Below are positions 40,491 to 53,211 of a stretch of DNA of 64,000 nt, piece after piece. The notes beneath the pieces are model-generated. The model had not been told where the DNA came from. It ran no database searches and saw only the letters and a program-made list of their open reading frames with translations. The position numbers were made by a program, and so were the translations under genes. The first letter of the stretch is position 1. Each line of letters opens with the position of its first letter. The DNA is taken from NCBI RefSeq assembly GCF_006345805.1, contig NC_042997.1:186434001-186498000 (forward strand). The letters run 5' to 3'. The stretch comes from Octopus sinensis (lineage: Eukaryota).

Positions 40491-40879
40491 AAGTATCAAT
40501 AAAAGAGACAACAATGATAAAGACTATTGTTGTAACTAAATGTTGTTGTGTTGTTGTTGTTGTTCGTTTCATGAATAAAATCTGATTCTGAAATATTGTT
40601 GTTGTTTCATTTTGAGGTTTCCTTTCATTTTGTTTTTAATCAAATATTTTTTCTTTTTTATTTATATATTTATATATTTCTTCTTTTGCTCCACTAACTT
40701 GAACCTTAATATCATCATATCGATAACAAAAGAATTATTTTTAATAAACAATTAAACGAATAATTTTTTTTTTAAACACACACACACACACAAAAAGCGA
40801 AAATTAAAAAGAAATCAAAAATATATTTGTATTTTAGAAAATATTTTTTTTGTTATTTTAACGATAACAATAGTGATAT

Positions 40880-41340
40880 TAGTATTTATTCATTCTAAGT
40901 TTTTGGTACAAAACTAGTAATTTTGATGGGAGGGGCAAGCGGATTACAAAGTCCTCCAGCACAAGTACATGACTGGAATATGTATGAGTGTAAATTTGAA
41001 TAGCAGATTCATGAATATGTGTGTAGATCGTCGAAATACAAAGAGATACAGCACAGGCATGGATGAAGAATATGTGATCTTCTATCTCAGGGGAGGGGCT
41101 ATAGAGAATTATATAAAAAGTCCCTTTGATAGTCAGGACCTGATAGACTCGACTTGTATTCCAAAGTGGCCTCCGCAGGTGGTTGCTCGGGTACTGGAAG
41201 AAAGGAACCTCTATCATATAATGGACTCCTTCTCAAAGGAAGAGTACAGATCTTGTGCATGGGCCCCCAACTTGCGGCTGCGGAATGCCTGCAGGAGGCA
41301 AGAAAGTTTATTAAGGACTCATTTATGTAATAGGTTTATC
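40880..41340 (-). mobile_element. Possible decayed LINE APE-endonuclease remnant
   Basis: Only weak motifs: FYIILYSPSP (YRSP-like) and HVLVLEDF (GDFN-like). Confidence 0.25.
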
Positions 41341-41597
41341 GCCTTATTAAATTGTTTTTAATTTTTAGTCCATAAAGTGCTATAAAATTGTAAGAGGGTT
41401 AATACCTCATTCAGTATTTTTAAAAAAGAACAATGTTTTAGCGAAGCAAAAGTCGGCGGGCGCTTTTCGTCTTCTCCTCCCATCCTTATCATCCTTGTAT
41501 CATTATCATTCACCTCATTAATGTCCGTGTCCAGCCCGCAAGCTACATTACTCTATGTACTGCCTTTAGGGCAAATTTGATAAAATAAAATAAAGAA

Positions 41598-42195
41598 GCG
41601 ACGAGCTGGCAGAAACGTTAGTACGCCGGGCGAAATGCTTGGCAGTATTTCGTCTGCCGTTACGTTCTCAGTTCAAATTTTGCTGAGGTCGACTTTGCCT
41701 TTCATCCTTTCGGGTTCGATTAAATAAGTACCAGTTGAGGACCGGGGTCGATATAATCAACTTAATCCGTTTGTCTATCCTTGTATGTCCCCTCTATGTT
41801 TAGCGCCTTGTGGGCAATAAAGAAATAAGCTTGTTTCCCAACCACATGGTCCCACGTTCCGTATATGTGTGAGTGTGTATGTATGTATGTATGTGTGAGT
41901 GAATGTGTGTGTGCGCATGTGTGTGTCTGTGTGTGTATGCGTGTGTGTGTGTATTTATGAGTGTGCATCTACGTGTTTATATTTGTCGCCCCCCCCCACC
42001 ATCGCTTGGCAACCGATGCCGGTGTGTTTACGTCCCCGTAACTTAACGGTTCGGCAAAAAAAAAGACCGATAGAATAAGTACCAGGCTTTCAAGGAATAA
42101 GTCCTAGAGATGATTTCTTCGACTAAATCCTTTTGAAACGGTGCCCCAGCATGGCCGCAGTCAAATGACTGAAACAAGTAAAAGAATAAAAGAAC
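41598..42195 (+). mobile_element. SINE family B fused to a partial family A copy
   Basis: B about 41598-41826; the tail aaagaaata runs directly into the A head segment agcttgtttcccaaccacatgg. Confidence 0.8.
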
Positions 42196-43496
42196 ACATA
42201 CATAAACACGTGCCCCACCCCACCCACACACACACAAATACATATTGTTGAAGGCATAAGAATTCAGAAACCTTCGAGAGAACGTGAAATAATTACTTCA
42301 GGCCTATTTTATCGATTTCGAAAGGATGAAAGGCAAAGTCGGCACTCGGTGGAATTTTGACTCAGAACATAAAAACGCCGGCGGAAATGTCGCTAAATAT
42401 TTTGTCCGACGCACTAATGATTTTGCTTTTTCTAGCTTGCTGCCTTTTGTCGTAGTATTAATTATAACATCGATAATGAAAAAAATAATGGAGGAAGAGA
42501 TGGCTACTATGTTGTTAAGCAGTTCAGCTCTTAACCATGCAATCCTGAAGCCGATTCCACTGCGCGTCACTTTGGGCCTTAAGGGGCTTTTTATCTAGCT
42601 TTTGTTTTTGTTTTGTTTTGTTTGTTTTTTTTGGGGGGTGGGTGGGTTTGGCTTAGTATTTGTTACCAGGAAAACTGCATAAGCTCTGGAAAATTTCTAA
42701 ATCATTATGACCTCAACATGTGTGTGTGTGTGTGTGTGTGTATGAGTGTATGTGTGTGCGTGTGCGTATGAGCGTGAGCGTGCGTGTGTGGTAGTGGTGG
42801 CGGTGGCAGCGGAAGAAGAAGAAGAAGAAGAAGAAGACGAAGAAAAAGAAAAAGAAGTGGAGGAGCAGGAGGAGGAGGCAAAGGAGGAGGAGGAGGAGGA
42901 TGGGAAGGGGAGGAGGAGGAGGAGGAGGAAGAACAAGAAGAGAAGGAGGGGGAAGGGCGGAGGAGGAAGAGGCAAAGGAGGAGGAGGAGGATTTATTGCA
43001 TTGCGGTTGTCACTGTTATAGATGTCATTAGTGTTGGTGCTGAGGTTGTTTGCTCTGCACACACAAGTGAGGTCACCATCCCAAAATCAGAACAACAACA
43101 ACAACAACAACGACAACGATGTCAACGATGACGACGGCAATAATTATAGCAATGATAAAAACATGAAAAGGAACAGAAAAAGAGAGAACAAAAAAAAAAC
43201 GAAAAATAATTGTTATTCATAATATGCAGCCGGTGCAAATTTTTGTGATGAGTGGAGAGATTGTGTAATTGAAGATGGAGGGGCAAGTAATTCATTGTCT
43301 TCTTCCACTCTAACAACCCCACCGTACAAACACACACTCACACACACATACACACACATAAACACGCGCGCACACACTTTTCCTAAATTCTCACACTCTT
43401 TTACTGTCACTCTCTCTTTCCCCCATTCTCTCTCTCTCTCTCTCTTTCCATTGTAGCTAGATTAAACTTTGGGTAACAGAGGTACTCCTTGAAAGG

Positions 43497-43900
43497 CATC
43501 GAGCTGGCAGATACGTTAGCACGCCGGGCGAAATGCGTAGCCGTATTTCGTCTGCCGCTACGTTCTGAGTTCAAATTCCGCCGAGGTCGACTTTGCCTTT
43601 CATCCTTTCGGCCTCGAGAAATTAAGTACCAGTTACGCACTGGGGTCTATATAATCGACTCAATTCCTTTGTTTGTCCTTGTTTATCCTTGTTTGTTCCC
43701 TCTATGTTTAGCCCCTTGTGAGCAGTAAAGTAATAAGAATTATTAAAAAGGCGGCGAAGTGGCAGAATCGTTAGCACTCCGGGCGAAATGCTTTGCGGTA
43801 TTTCGTCTGCCGCTACGTTCTGAGTTCAAATTCCGCCGAGGTCGACTTTGCCTTTCATCCTTTCGGGGTCGATTAAATAAGTACCAGTTACGCACTAGGG
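43497..43900 (+). mobile_element. Two tandem SINE family B copies
   Basis: Copies at about 43497-43730 and 43749-43900, both with gagttcaaattccgccgaggtcgactttgcc. Confidence 0.88.
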
Positions 43901-44384
43901 TCATTAGGCCAATAATAAAACATGTACTGGTTCAATTTCACTTCTTTCTTCAATGTCGTGTTCTCTCTACTTCAGGTCAGCCTCGTAGCTGTCTCACTAT
44001 AAACATATTATATATATATACTCTGTGTGTGTGGTGTGTGGTGTGTGTGTGTGTGTGTGTGTGTGTGTGATGCATGGCTTTGCTAGCTATGTATTCTTTT
44101 ATTGATTTCGGTAATTGGGTATTACTTTCTACTTAACAGATACCTGTTGTACCAACCACAGAAGTATAATAGGCAGAATTTAAACCAAGTAACTAAAGGA
44201 GCATAACAAAATATTTCTAGGTACTTTTCCGATTTTGCTATAGTCCTCTATACGTATGGCGTATGCTCCCCTTTGCTTTGAGCCCTGTAGATGGAATTTT
44301 GGGCACCATTCTGACCTTCTTTGTGTATATTTAAATCTAGCAAAAGCTGTCTTTTTTTAGATATGACCTTAGCTAGTCTCTTCT

Positions 44385-44750
44385 TTAAAGGAATTGAGAG
44401 ACCAGCTCCAGTTCCTAACTGGTATTTTATACATCAACCCCAGATAAATGAAAAGCAAAGCTGAGTTGATCTCGGTGTAATTTGAACTCAAAGGACAAAG
44501 AGCTGGAGTATATACCTGTTTCTTTACTACCCACAAGGAGCTAAACACAGAGAGGACAAACAAGGACAGACAAACGGATTAAGTCGATTATATTGACTCC
44601 AGTGCGTAACTGGTACTTAATTTATCGACCCCGAAAGGATGAAAGGCAAAGTCGACCTCGGCGGAATTTGAACTCAAAACGTAGCGACAGACGAAATACG
44701 GCTACACATTTCGCCCGGCGTGCTAACAATTCTGCCAGCTCGCCGCCTTG
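44385..44750 (-). mobile_element. SINE family B plus a degenerate downstream unit
   Basis: Full copy 44518-44750; degenerate second unit 44385-44517. Confidence 0.82.
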
Positions 44751-45591
44751 TGCTAGAGTATATACCACCAGACACTCTGTTCGACACCTCTGACTTTCTC
44801 ACTTGGTCGTCTTGACATATGTATATATATCTGGACGTATCATCGAAGCTGTAAATTAAACAAGCGAGACACAAGCCAGCAAGAACGTACGTGCATGCGT
44901 ACGTATGTGTCTGTCTGTATCGTAGTGTGTTTGCGCATGCGTATGTGAGTATTTCTAGAGATGTTGCCTGATTTGGTGTCAATGAATGCACATATCAATG
45001 CGCAATACAACCACATACATATGCATAAGATGAGTGCATGTCTGTAGTATTTGCATGCATTTTGCATGTATTTATGTGTATGTATTCGGATGTCTTCATG
45101 GGAGATGCTGCATAATTTAGTCTGAATGTATATGTACGTGTGTATGTGTTTTGTATCTATGTTTCTATGCATGTGTATGCTTGCTTACTCAACACATTTA
45201 CATATTATATATCTGTGTATATATAGAGACATAGATGTGTGATAGTAGCCAGATACATTCCACTTTAAAATGTATGTGTTTTTTTCATGTACATCTTGTA
45301 TGTGTGAGTGCTTGCGTGTAGTCCCAATGCTCATGTGTACTGCGGTTTACATGTGTGTTTGTAGATGTGTACATGTGCGTGTATGTGTGTGTAGCAGAGT
45401 TTTGGAATGAGGATAGCTGTTGGGGTACTGGTGTGTTGTGACGTTTATGTACGTCGATGTGTATTTGTATGTGCAAGCATGTGTGGTTGAGCAATACCAT
45501 TATGGATATATATATATATATGTGTGAGTGTTTGATATAATGGTAAAAGTAGTGGGTGGCCATGTTGCTGTAGGGAAATCTATTAGTATAT

Positions 45592-46056
45592 AGGCGTGGC
45601 TGTGTGGTAAGAAGCTTGCTTCCCAATCAAATGGTTCCGGGTTCAGTCCCATTTTGTCTTTTACTATAGCCTTGGGCCGACCAAAATCTTGTGAGTGGAT
45701 TTTGTAGACAGAAACTGAAAGAAGCTCGTCCGATATATAAGAAGAATTAAGGCAGCGAGCTGGCAGAAATGTTAGCACACCGGGCAAAATTCTTAGCGGT
45801 ATTTCGTCCGCTGTTACGTTCTGAGTTCAAATTCCGTTGAGGTCGACTTAGCCTTTCATCCTTTCGGGGTCGATAAATTAAGTACCAGTTACGCACTGGG
45901 GTCGATGTAATCGACTTAATCCCTTTGTCTATCCTTGCTTGTCCCCTCTATGTTTAGCCTCTTGTGGGCAATAAAGAAATTAGAAGCTGAAAGAAGCTCG
46001 TCCTTTATATATATATATATATTATATATATATATATGAGTGTGTGTGTGTGTGTA

Positions 46057-46104
<48 letters not shown>

Positions 46105-46295
46105 GTATCAGTGGTTGTCCCCCACCATCGCTTGACAACTGGTATTGAAGTGTTTACGCCCCCTTATCTTAGTGATAAAATAAGTACTAGGCGTTAAAAA
46201 GATTAAGTCCTGGGGTCGATTTGTTTATCTAAAACCCTTCAAGGCGGTGCTCCAGCATGGCTGCAGTCAAATGCCTGAAAAGTAAAAGAATGAAA
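45592..46295 (+). mobile_element. SINE family A interrupted by a family B insertion (45749-45980)
   Basis: ctgaaagaagctcgtcc is duplicated at 45715-45731 and 45987-46003. Confidence 0.82.
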
Positions 46296-46595
46296 TAATA
46301 AAAGAATATATAAATAGATATATGATTGAAAATTTCTACTTGTAAATCTCTCAACGAGAAACATTCAGTGACAGTACTCTAGAGTAAAGATTATTTGCCA
46401 ACATAACGTGGCAGTCGAATGTTACTGTTATTTAGCCCCAAGAAACATCGTCTCAAGCTGGAGGCGATATTTACTGGGCAAATAATCTTTACAGTAAATA
46501 GATATATAAATATATCTGTATACGCACATACATACATACATACATGCATACATACATACATACATGCATGCATACATATATTTACACACACACAC

Positions 46596-46637
<42 letters not shown>

Positions 46638-46667
46638 ATATATATGTAATATATATGTATATATATG

Positions 46668-46706
<39 letters not shown>

Positions 46707-46811
46707 ATATATATATATATATATATGTATGTATATATATATATCATCTAATGTGAGACGTCACGAAACGTATATAATCTAATGATTATATAACTGTATA
46801 TAATCTAACGT

Positions 46812-47037
46812 ATACAATCTAATGCTCTTAGCTTAGTTTTTCCTTGGGGCTGGCCAGATTGGAGCAATCTCAAGATTAATCAGCCGAAATTGCAAGGATG
46901 ATCCGGTTCTTGACTGAGGATAGGAATCTTCGAATGACGCGTCTTTGTTTTTTTGTATCGTCTATCCGGATGTTTTGTTGTCCCTTTTTGTATCACCTAG
47001 TTGTCCGGATGTTTTGCGTTCTTGTCCCATTTTGTAT
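46812..47037 (+). mobile_element. Unclassified interspersed repeat H, second copy
   Basis: Homologous to the reverse complement of 39024-39255. Confidence 0.75.
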
Positions 47038-47381
47038 TTATATATATATATATATATATATATACTATATATATATCTCGTGACCGACCAGACCATCAGA
47101 TGTTGCTACACATCGCTGGTCACAATGCGTTCGCATTGTTTTAGCCTTCGAACGACGCCACACCGCTGGCCAAGCGAGCAGGCAATTATCATATATATAT
47201 ATTTATCAATTAATTAATTTAGGGTAGCAAAGAATTCAATAGAAATTATTTTGCCACCAGCGGTCTAGTGAGAAAGAGGAAATAGTCAGTGTTGTTGTAT
47301 ATATATATATATATATATATATAAGCTATATTAAATTTCTGAGCGAGATATAAACAGTAGCAATACGGAATCGTAACATAC

Positions 47382-47694
47382 AATTGCCAACCAACAGTGG
47401 CATCCCACACGGGACAGTGCTACTGACGTTTATAGCCCCAGGAAGACATCGCTTCCAGTTGGCCAACGACACACATTCTATGTCTGATTAGTATTTGTGA
47501 AGGGATGTCATCGCTACCATCCCTAGCCTTACGTGATACACATGGACTCGAGTTTCTGGGTGGTTACCCGTTCTCAGCGTGTGTTAATCACCAGCTAGAG
47601 ATGAAAACTCGCCTCACTCGCAAAATGATATATGTTTGGGCTATAAATGTCAGTAGCACTGACCCGTGTGGGACGCCTCATTTGGTTGGCAATT
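47382..47694. mobile_element. MITE-like element with 57-bp imperfect TIRs
   Basis: 47382-47438 versus the reverse complement of 47638-47694, about 7 mismatches. Confidence 0.7.
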
Positions 47695-47847
47695 ACCTGA
47701 TGAAGGGTTGTTCTTTATGTTGTTTGTCTTGTTTTCCATTTGTGTCTTTCATTTTTCGAAAAAAATAGTTCATATTCCATGTACTCGTACTTCGTATTTT
47801 TTGTTGTACACGTTTTGTGACGTCCTGTGCCCACATATGCATATACA

Positions 47848-47931
<84 letters not shown>

Positions 47932-48018
47932 TGTATGTGTGTATGTATGTATGATGTATGTATGTGTATATATATATATACGTGTAGATGTAAGTATGTA
48001 CATATACGTATATATAGA

Positions 48019-48063
<45 letters not shown>

Positions 48064-48663
48064 TGTATTATTATATGACTGAACGCTACGCATCCTCTTC
48101 TAGGTAAGTTTTATCGTAATACTTCTGATGCGCACTCTATACGGCCTTTTTTATTCTTTCGTTTTTCTCTTTATCTCTCTCTTATTCTTTTACCTCCTCT
48201 TCTCCCACTATTCTATCCAATTACTCTGTCACTCTCTCTCCCTCACACCTCCTCCCTTTCTCACGTGGCTCCCACTTGACCATCGGCCATCTTTCTTTCT
48301 TATCCTAACTTATATTTCTTCCTTTCTCTCCGTTGTAGCTGGAACAAGGAAGACGTGTTCTTGTTTGTCTCCTGTCCTAGCTTGATTTACGCGTTCACCA
48401 CCACAACCTCGTTTAGGCTTAGCAGCCCTTCCTGTATCTTTTCACTGTCCTGTTTGTGTTACCTATTTTGACTCTCCGCAAAATCCCAATATAGTAGGGT
48501 GTACAATGGTATATGTGTGTGGTTTAAGTACATGTGTATGTGAATGCGTTGTTGTACTCTGGTATAAGCAAATGCCTGTATGTATGAGGGTGTGTATATT
48601 ATACTAATGAGCATATGTGCGTGTGAGTGTATGTCTATATATGTGTGCGTCTGTATGTGTGTG

Positions 48664-48870
48664 TACAGTAATCCCTCACCATTTCGCGGTTCACCTATCG
48701 CGGTTTATTTAAGCTTACGGCGATTCCTCCGTGTGTTGTTTTGCATTTATAATAAAATATATACATATATATATATATAGTACAGTACTGTTTCTACTTC
48801 GCGGATTTTCACTTATCGCGGGTGGTTTTGGAACGTAACATCCGCGATAGTCGAGGTGTTACGTTCTGTA
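48664..48870. mobile_element. Tigger/pogo-like MITE remnant
   Basis: TA-CAGTAATCCCTC..TTCGCGG left end; cttcgcggattttcacttatcgcgggtggttttggaacgtaac..ccgcgatag..gagg..CTG-TA degenerate right end. Confidence 0.7.
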
Positions 48871-49089
48871 TGTCTATATGTGTATGAGTGTGTGTTGTGT
48901 CTATATGTGTGCGTGTGTGTGCGCGCGCGTATGTAGTGGAGCATTGGTGTGTGCGCGGTATATGGGACTTAGTGTGTTGCGTGATTAAATACCCTGTTTT
49001 CTTTATTCCATATTTGCTTCTGTCAAAAACGATTCCAATTGAAATAATTGAATGAATAACAAATTACAAACTATTATACAACAAACCAA

Positions 49090-50002
49090 CACGGTGGAGG
49101 CGGCGGCGGCGGCGCAGAGGAGGAGGAGGAGGGGAGGTGGTGGTGGTGGAGAGGAGGGGGTGGAGGAGGAGGGATGTTGAGAAGGAGAAGGAGAAGGAGG
49201 AGAAGAAGGAGGAGGAGGAGCAGAAGGAGCAGGTGGCGGTGGCGGCGGCGGAGGCGGACGGGGGTGGTGGCAAAGATGTTGGTGGTACGTAATGACATTT
49301 GTACCGCTTGGTGGTGATAGTGGTGGTAGTGGTGGTGGTGGTGGTGGTGATAGTGGTGGTGGTGGTGGTGGTGGTGGTTGTGGCGGTGGTGGTAGCTGTG
49401 GTGATGTTGGGGGAAGCGGTTTAGTGGGGTGGTGGTAAGGAGCTGGTGGTGAGTAATGGCATTTGTACATCTTGTGGTAGTGGTGGTGGTGGTGGTGGTG
49501 GTGGTGGCTTTGGTGCTATTGTTGATAGTGATGTAGTTGCGGTGATGGCAGCGGCCGTAGATATTTTTTGCTGGCGATAGTGGTGGAATATAGGTGTTGG
49601 TGGTGGTTGTGGTGGTGATGGTGGTAGTGGTGGTGACGATGATGATGATGATGATGATGATGGTGGTGGTTGTGGCGAAGCTCATGTAGTGGTGTTGCTG
49701 TTGCTAACGATATCTATAACGTTATTTGTTGTTGTTGTTGTAGTGGAGGTGGTTGTGGCGGTGGTGGTGGTGGTGGTGGTGGTGGTGGTGGTGGTGTTAG
49801 TGGTGATCGTCGTCGTCGTTGCAATAACAGAAAAGAGAAAATGGTCTTAGTATATCTATGTGCATGTGTGAACGTGTGTGGTAAATATCTATATATATAT
49901 ATATATAGATATATATATATGTGGCGTGTGTGTGTGCGTATGCGTGGGTATGTATATATATATATACATACATACACACACACACACACATACATATATA
50001 TA

Positions 50003-50051
<49 letters not shown>

Positions 50052-50121
50052 TATATATTTATATTATATACATATATATATATATATATCTATCAGATAT
50101 ATATATATATATATATAATTA

Positions 50122-50153
<32 letters not shown>

Positions 50154-50370
50154 TCTATATATATATGTATATACATATATATATATGTATATATATACAT
50201 ATATATATATACGTATATTATACATATATTTATACAGATATATATATATATATATTTATATGTATATACATATATATATATACATATATATATACAGATT
50301 TATATATCTATAGATATATATATATATCTACATATATATATATATACACACACATTACACTACACACATG
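49090..50370. repeat. (GGA/GGT/GAT)n low-complexity block followed by (TA)n
   Basis: Directly visible. Confidence 0.9.
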
Positions 50371-50553
50371 AATGCTAACGGAAGAGGGGTCTACAGATTG
50401 TTTGGTCGGGTTGTGTCATATAATGAGTAAGGAGGAGGAGAGTATCGGAGGTGGTGGAAGGAAGAGACGGTAGTGGGTGGATAGGGGGAGGGGTGGACAG
50501 TGAAGTGAGATTGTTACAGTCTGTGTTATTGTGGTTTCTTTTGTGAAAGAGAC

Positions 50554-50753
50554 TCAGTTCAAGACCTCGTGTGAATAATCCGTTGCTAAGGGGAAATTAC
50601 AAATACCGCCATTGTGCTCTCTGTGTACGGTAAAACGATGTTCTGCAACTGGAGAAGAAGACTTGGGAATTTTAGCGAAAATCTCTTGGTTCTTGGTCGC
50701 AGCCTCCTCTTCTGCTTCGTATCTTTTGTTTTTTGTTTTTTTTTTTCTATTTC
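50554..50753 (-). CDS. Speculative terminal coding exon
   Basis: Acceptor-like tttctacag (AG at 50755-50754); open frame (G)NRKKKTKNKRYEAEEEAATKNQEIFAKIPKSSSPVAEHRF...HEVLN*; no recognisable homology; a second frame is also open. Confidence 0.15.
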
Positions 50754-51660
50754 CTGTAGAAAGGCCTTATTGTAGATTTTGTCGGTGTTTTTTTTTTTCT
50801 ATTTCCTGTAGAAAGGCCTTATTGTAGATTTGTCGTTTTTTTTTTCTATTTCCTGTAGAAAGGCCTTATTGTAGATTTTGTCTGTTTTTTTTTTTCTATT
50901 TCCTGTAGAAAGGCCTTATTGTAGATTTTGTCTGTTTTTTTTTCTATTTCTGTAGAAAGGCCTTATTGTAGATTTGTTCTGTTTTTTTTTTCCTATTTCC
51001 TGTAGAAAGGCCTATTGTGATTTTGTCTGTTTTTTTTTCTATTTCCTGTAGAAAGGCCTTATTGTAGATTTTGTCTGTTTTTTTTTTCTATTTCCTGTAG
51101 AAAGCCTTATTGTAGATTTTGTCTGTTTTTTTTTCTATTCCTGTTAGAAGGCCTTATTGTAGATTTGTCTGTTTTTTTTTTCTATTTCCTGTAGAAAGGC
51201 CTTATTGTAGATTTTGTCTGTTTTTTTTTTCTATTTCCTGTAGAAAGGCCTTATTGTAGATTTGTCTGTTTTTTTTTCTATTTCCTGTAGAAAGGCCTTA
51301 TTGTAGATTTTGTCTGTTTTTTTTCTATTTCCTGTAAAGGCCTTATTGTAGATTTTGTCTGTTTTTTTTTCTATTTCCTGTAGAAAGGCCTTATTGTAGA
51401 TTTTGTCTGTTTTTTTTTTCTATTTCCTGTAGAAAGGCCTTATTGTAGATTTTGTCTGTTTTTTTTTCTATTTCCTGTAGAAAGGCCTTATTGTAGATTT
51501 TGTCTGTTTTTTTTTTCTATTTCCTGTAGAAAGGCCTTATTGTAGATTTTGTCTGTTTTTTTTTTCTATTTCCTGTAGAAAGGCCTTATTGTAGATTTTG
51601 TCTGTTTTTTTTTTTTCTATTTCCTGTATTTTTCTATTTCCTTATTGTAGATTTTGTCTT
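50738..51660. repeat. Minisatellite, 18 full plus 1 partial units of about 47-51 bp
   Basis: Unit T(8-12)-ctatttcctgtagaaaggccttattgtagattttgtctg; no unique spacers. Confidence 0.95.
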
Positions 51661-51699
51661 TTGTCTTTTGTTTTTTTGTTTTTGTTTGTTTTTTTTGTT

Positions 51700-52255
51700 G
51701 TTGTTTTTTTACTTTGATCGACAAGTTTCAGTCGAACGAAATCGGCCCCACGACTTTATTTTTAAAGCCTGTTACTTATTCTATCCACCCTTTTGCCGAT
51801 CCGCTCTGTCACGGGAACGTAAACAAACCAAACAAGCAGTGGCGGGTGGCAAACACAAAGACATACACGCGCACACACGCATATGTATGTATACTCTTTT
51901 ACTTGTTTCAGTCATTTGACTGCGGCCATGCTGGAGCACCACCTTTTAGTACTTATTCTATCGGTCTCTTTTTGCCGAACCGCTAAGTGACGGGGACCTA
52001 AACACACCAGCATTGGTTGTCAAGCAATGCTAGGGGGACAAACACAGACACACAAAACACACATACATATAAATATATATATTATATATATATACGACAG
52101 GCTTCTTCAGTTTCCGTCTACCAAATCCACTCACAAGGCATTGGTCGGCCCGGGGCTATAGCAGAAGACACTTGCCCAAGATGCCACGCAGTGGGACTGA
52201 ACCCGCAACCCTGTGGTTGGTTAGCAAGCTACTTACCACACAGCCACTCCTGCGG

Positions 52256-52256
<1 letters not shown>
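51700..52256 (-). mobile_element. Two adjacent SINE family A copies (one partial, one internally deleted)
   Basis: A-family motifs on the minus strand; head ends ...cagccactcctgcgg. Confidence 0.8.
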
Positions 52257-52300
<44 letters not shown>

Positions 52301-52392
52301 CAACAATTGAGGGCAAAATTAATTAATTATTAATCAATTTCACCAGTGTTCAGTATGCAAAGGGACCATTCAAGGCGAATTCAAATTATTAC

Positions 52393-52654
52393 ATTATATA
52401 AAAGGGCTTAGTAAAATAAATTACTTGCCGCATACTGAACTCATTAGAAATAGCAGCCAAAAAACTTTTTTAAAGCTATTTCTAATACTTAAAGAAAACT
52501 CTCTCATATATAGTGTTTGCTTAATTCAACTCAGCAAACACTATATATGAGAGAGATTTTCTTTAAGTATTAGAAATAGCTTTAAAAAAGTTTTTGGCTG
52601 CTATTTCTAATGAGTTCAGTATGCGGCAAAGTAATTTATTTTACTAAGCCCTTT

Positions 52655-52662
<8 letters not shown>
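52393..52662. mobile_element. Long fold-back palindrome (about 129-bp arms, 11-nt loop)
   Basis: 52393-52521 is the near-perfect inverted repeat of 52533-52662. Confidence 0.85.
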
Positions 52663-52690
<28 letters not shown>

Positions 52691-52692
<2 letters not shown>

Positions 52693-52925
52693 GCGTCCTT
52701 TTAAAGTCTATCCAGGCTCATGGGCCCGGTTTCAATGGCGTATGTGTTCCCCAGCTGGACGGGACGCTAGTCCATCGCACCGTTACTCATATTTGCAAGC
52801 TGAGTGAACTGGAGCAACGTGAAATGAAGTATTTTGCTCAAGAACACAACGCGTCACCAAATCCAGGAATCGAAACCACAATCTTACGATCATGATGCTG
52901 ACACCCTAACCACTGATCCACACCC
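52691..52925 (-). mobile_element. SINE family E copy
   Basis: Highly similar to 18500-18748. Confidence 0.85.
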
Positions 52926-53016
52926 CCCTCATATATATATATATATATAATTTTTTTTTTTCGTAATGAGATAAAAAAAACCAAGGCTGTGTAGATTTTA
53001 GAACATTTATAGATAG

Positions 53017-53064
53017 GTCTTACAGCTGTTTGCAGGATATCTATTATATCCCTTCATCGGAAAC
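53017..53064 (-). ncRNA. Degenerate minimal hammerhead motif with palindromic stem III
   Basis: Minus strand gttt-CCGATGA-a-gggatat-aatag-atatcct-gcAAAC-AGCTGT-A-agac; ACAGCTGT is palindromic; G12 is disrupted. Confidence 0.5.
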
Positions 53065-53211
53065 GGTGTGGTAGGATGGTCAGCAAATAGCTAATTTAGA
53101 TAAGATATAAAATAGAGAGTGAGGTGGAGGAAATAAAAGAAAAATAGATGTGAGATATGTCGGGATATTGCATTTGTAGATCCATTTTTATATATTTATA
53201 CTCAACAATTC

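Noticed and set aside
44283-44301. Resemblance to miR-10 (ccctgtagatggaatttt)
   Set aside because: Several mismatches to the recalled mature sequence and no complementary arm nearby; the region may be a LINE remnant (weak VPKIPS motif on the minus strand).
46745-46775. ctaatgtgagacgtcacgaaacgta hammerhead-like remnant
   Set aside because: The CUGANGA core is absent; only a hairpin plus GAAACGTA remains.
46905-46950. Hammerhead-like CTGAGGA...GAATGACGCGTC in repeat H (and CTGAAGA version near 39130-39155, minus strand)
   Set aside because: Two extra bases break the GAAA-stem III junction and stem I does not pair in either copy.
50738-51660. CRISPR-like array
   Set aside because: Units are contiguous with no unique spacers, there are no cas genes, and the context is eukaryotic.
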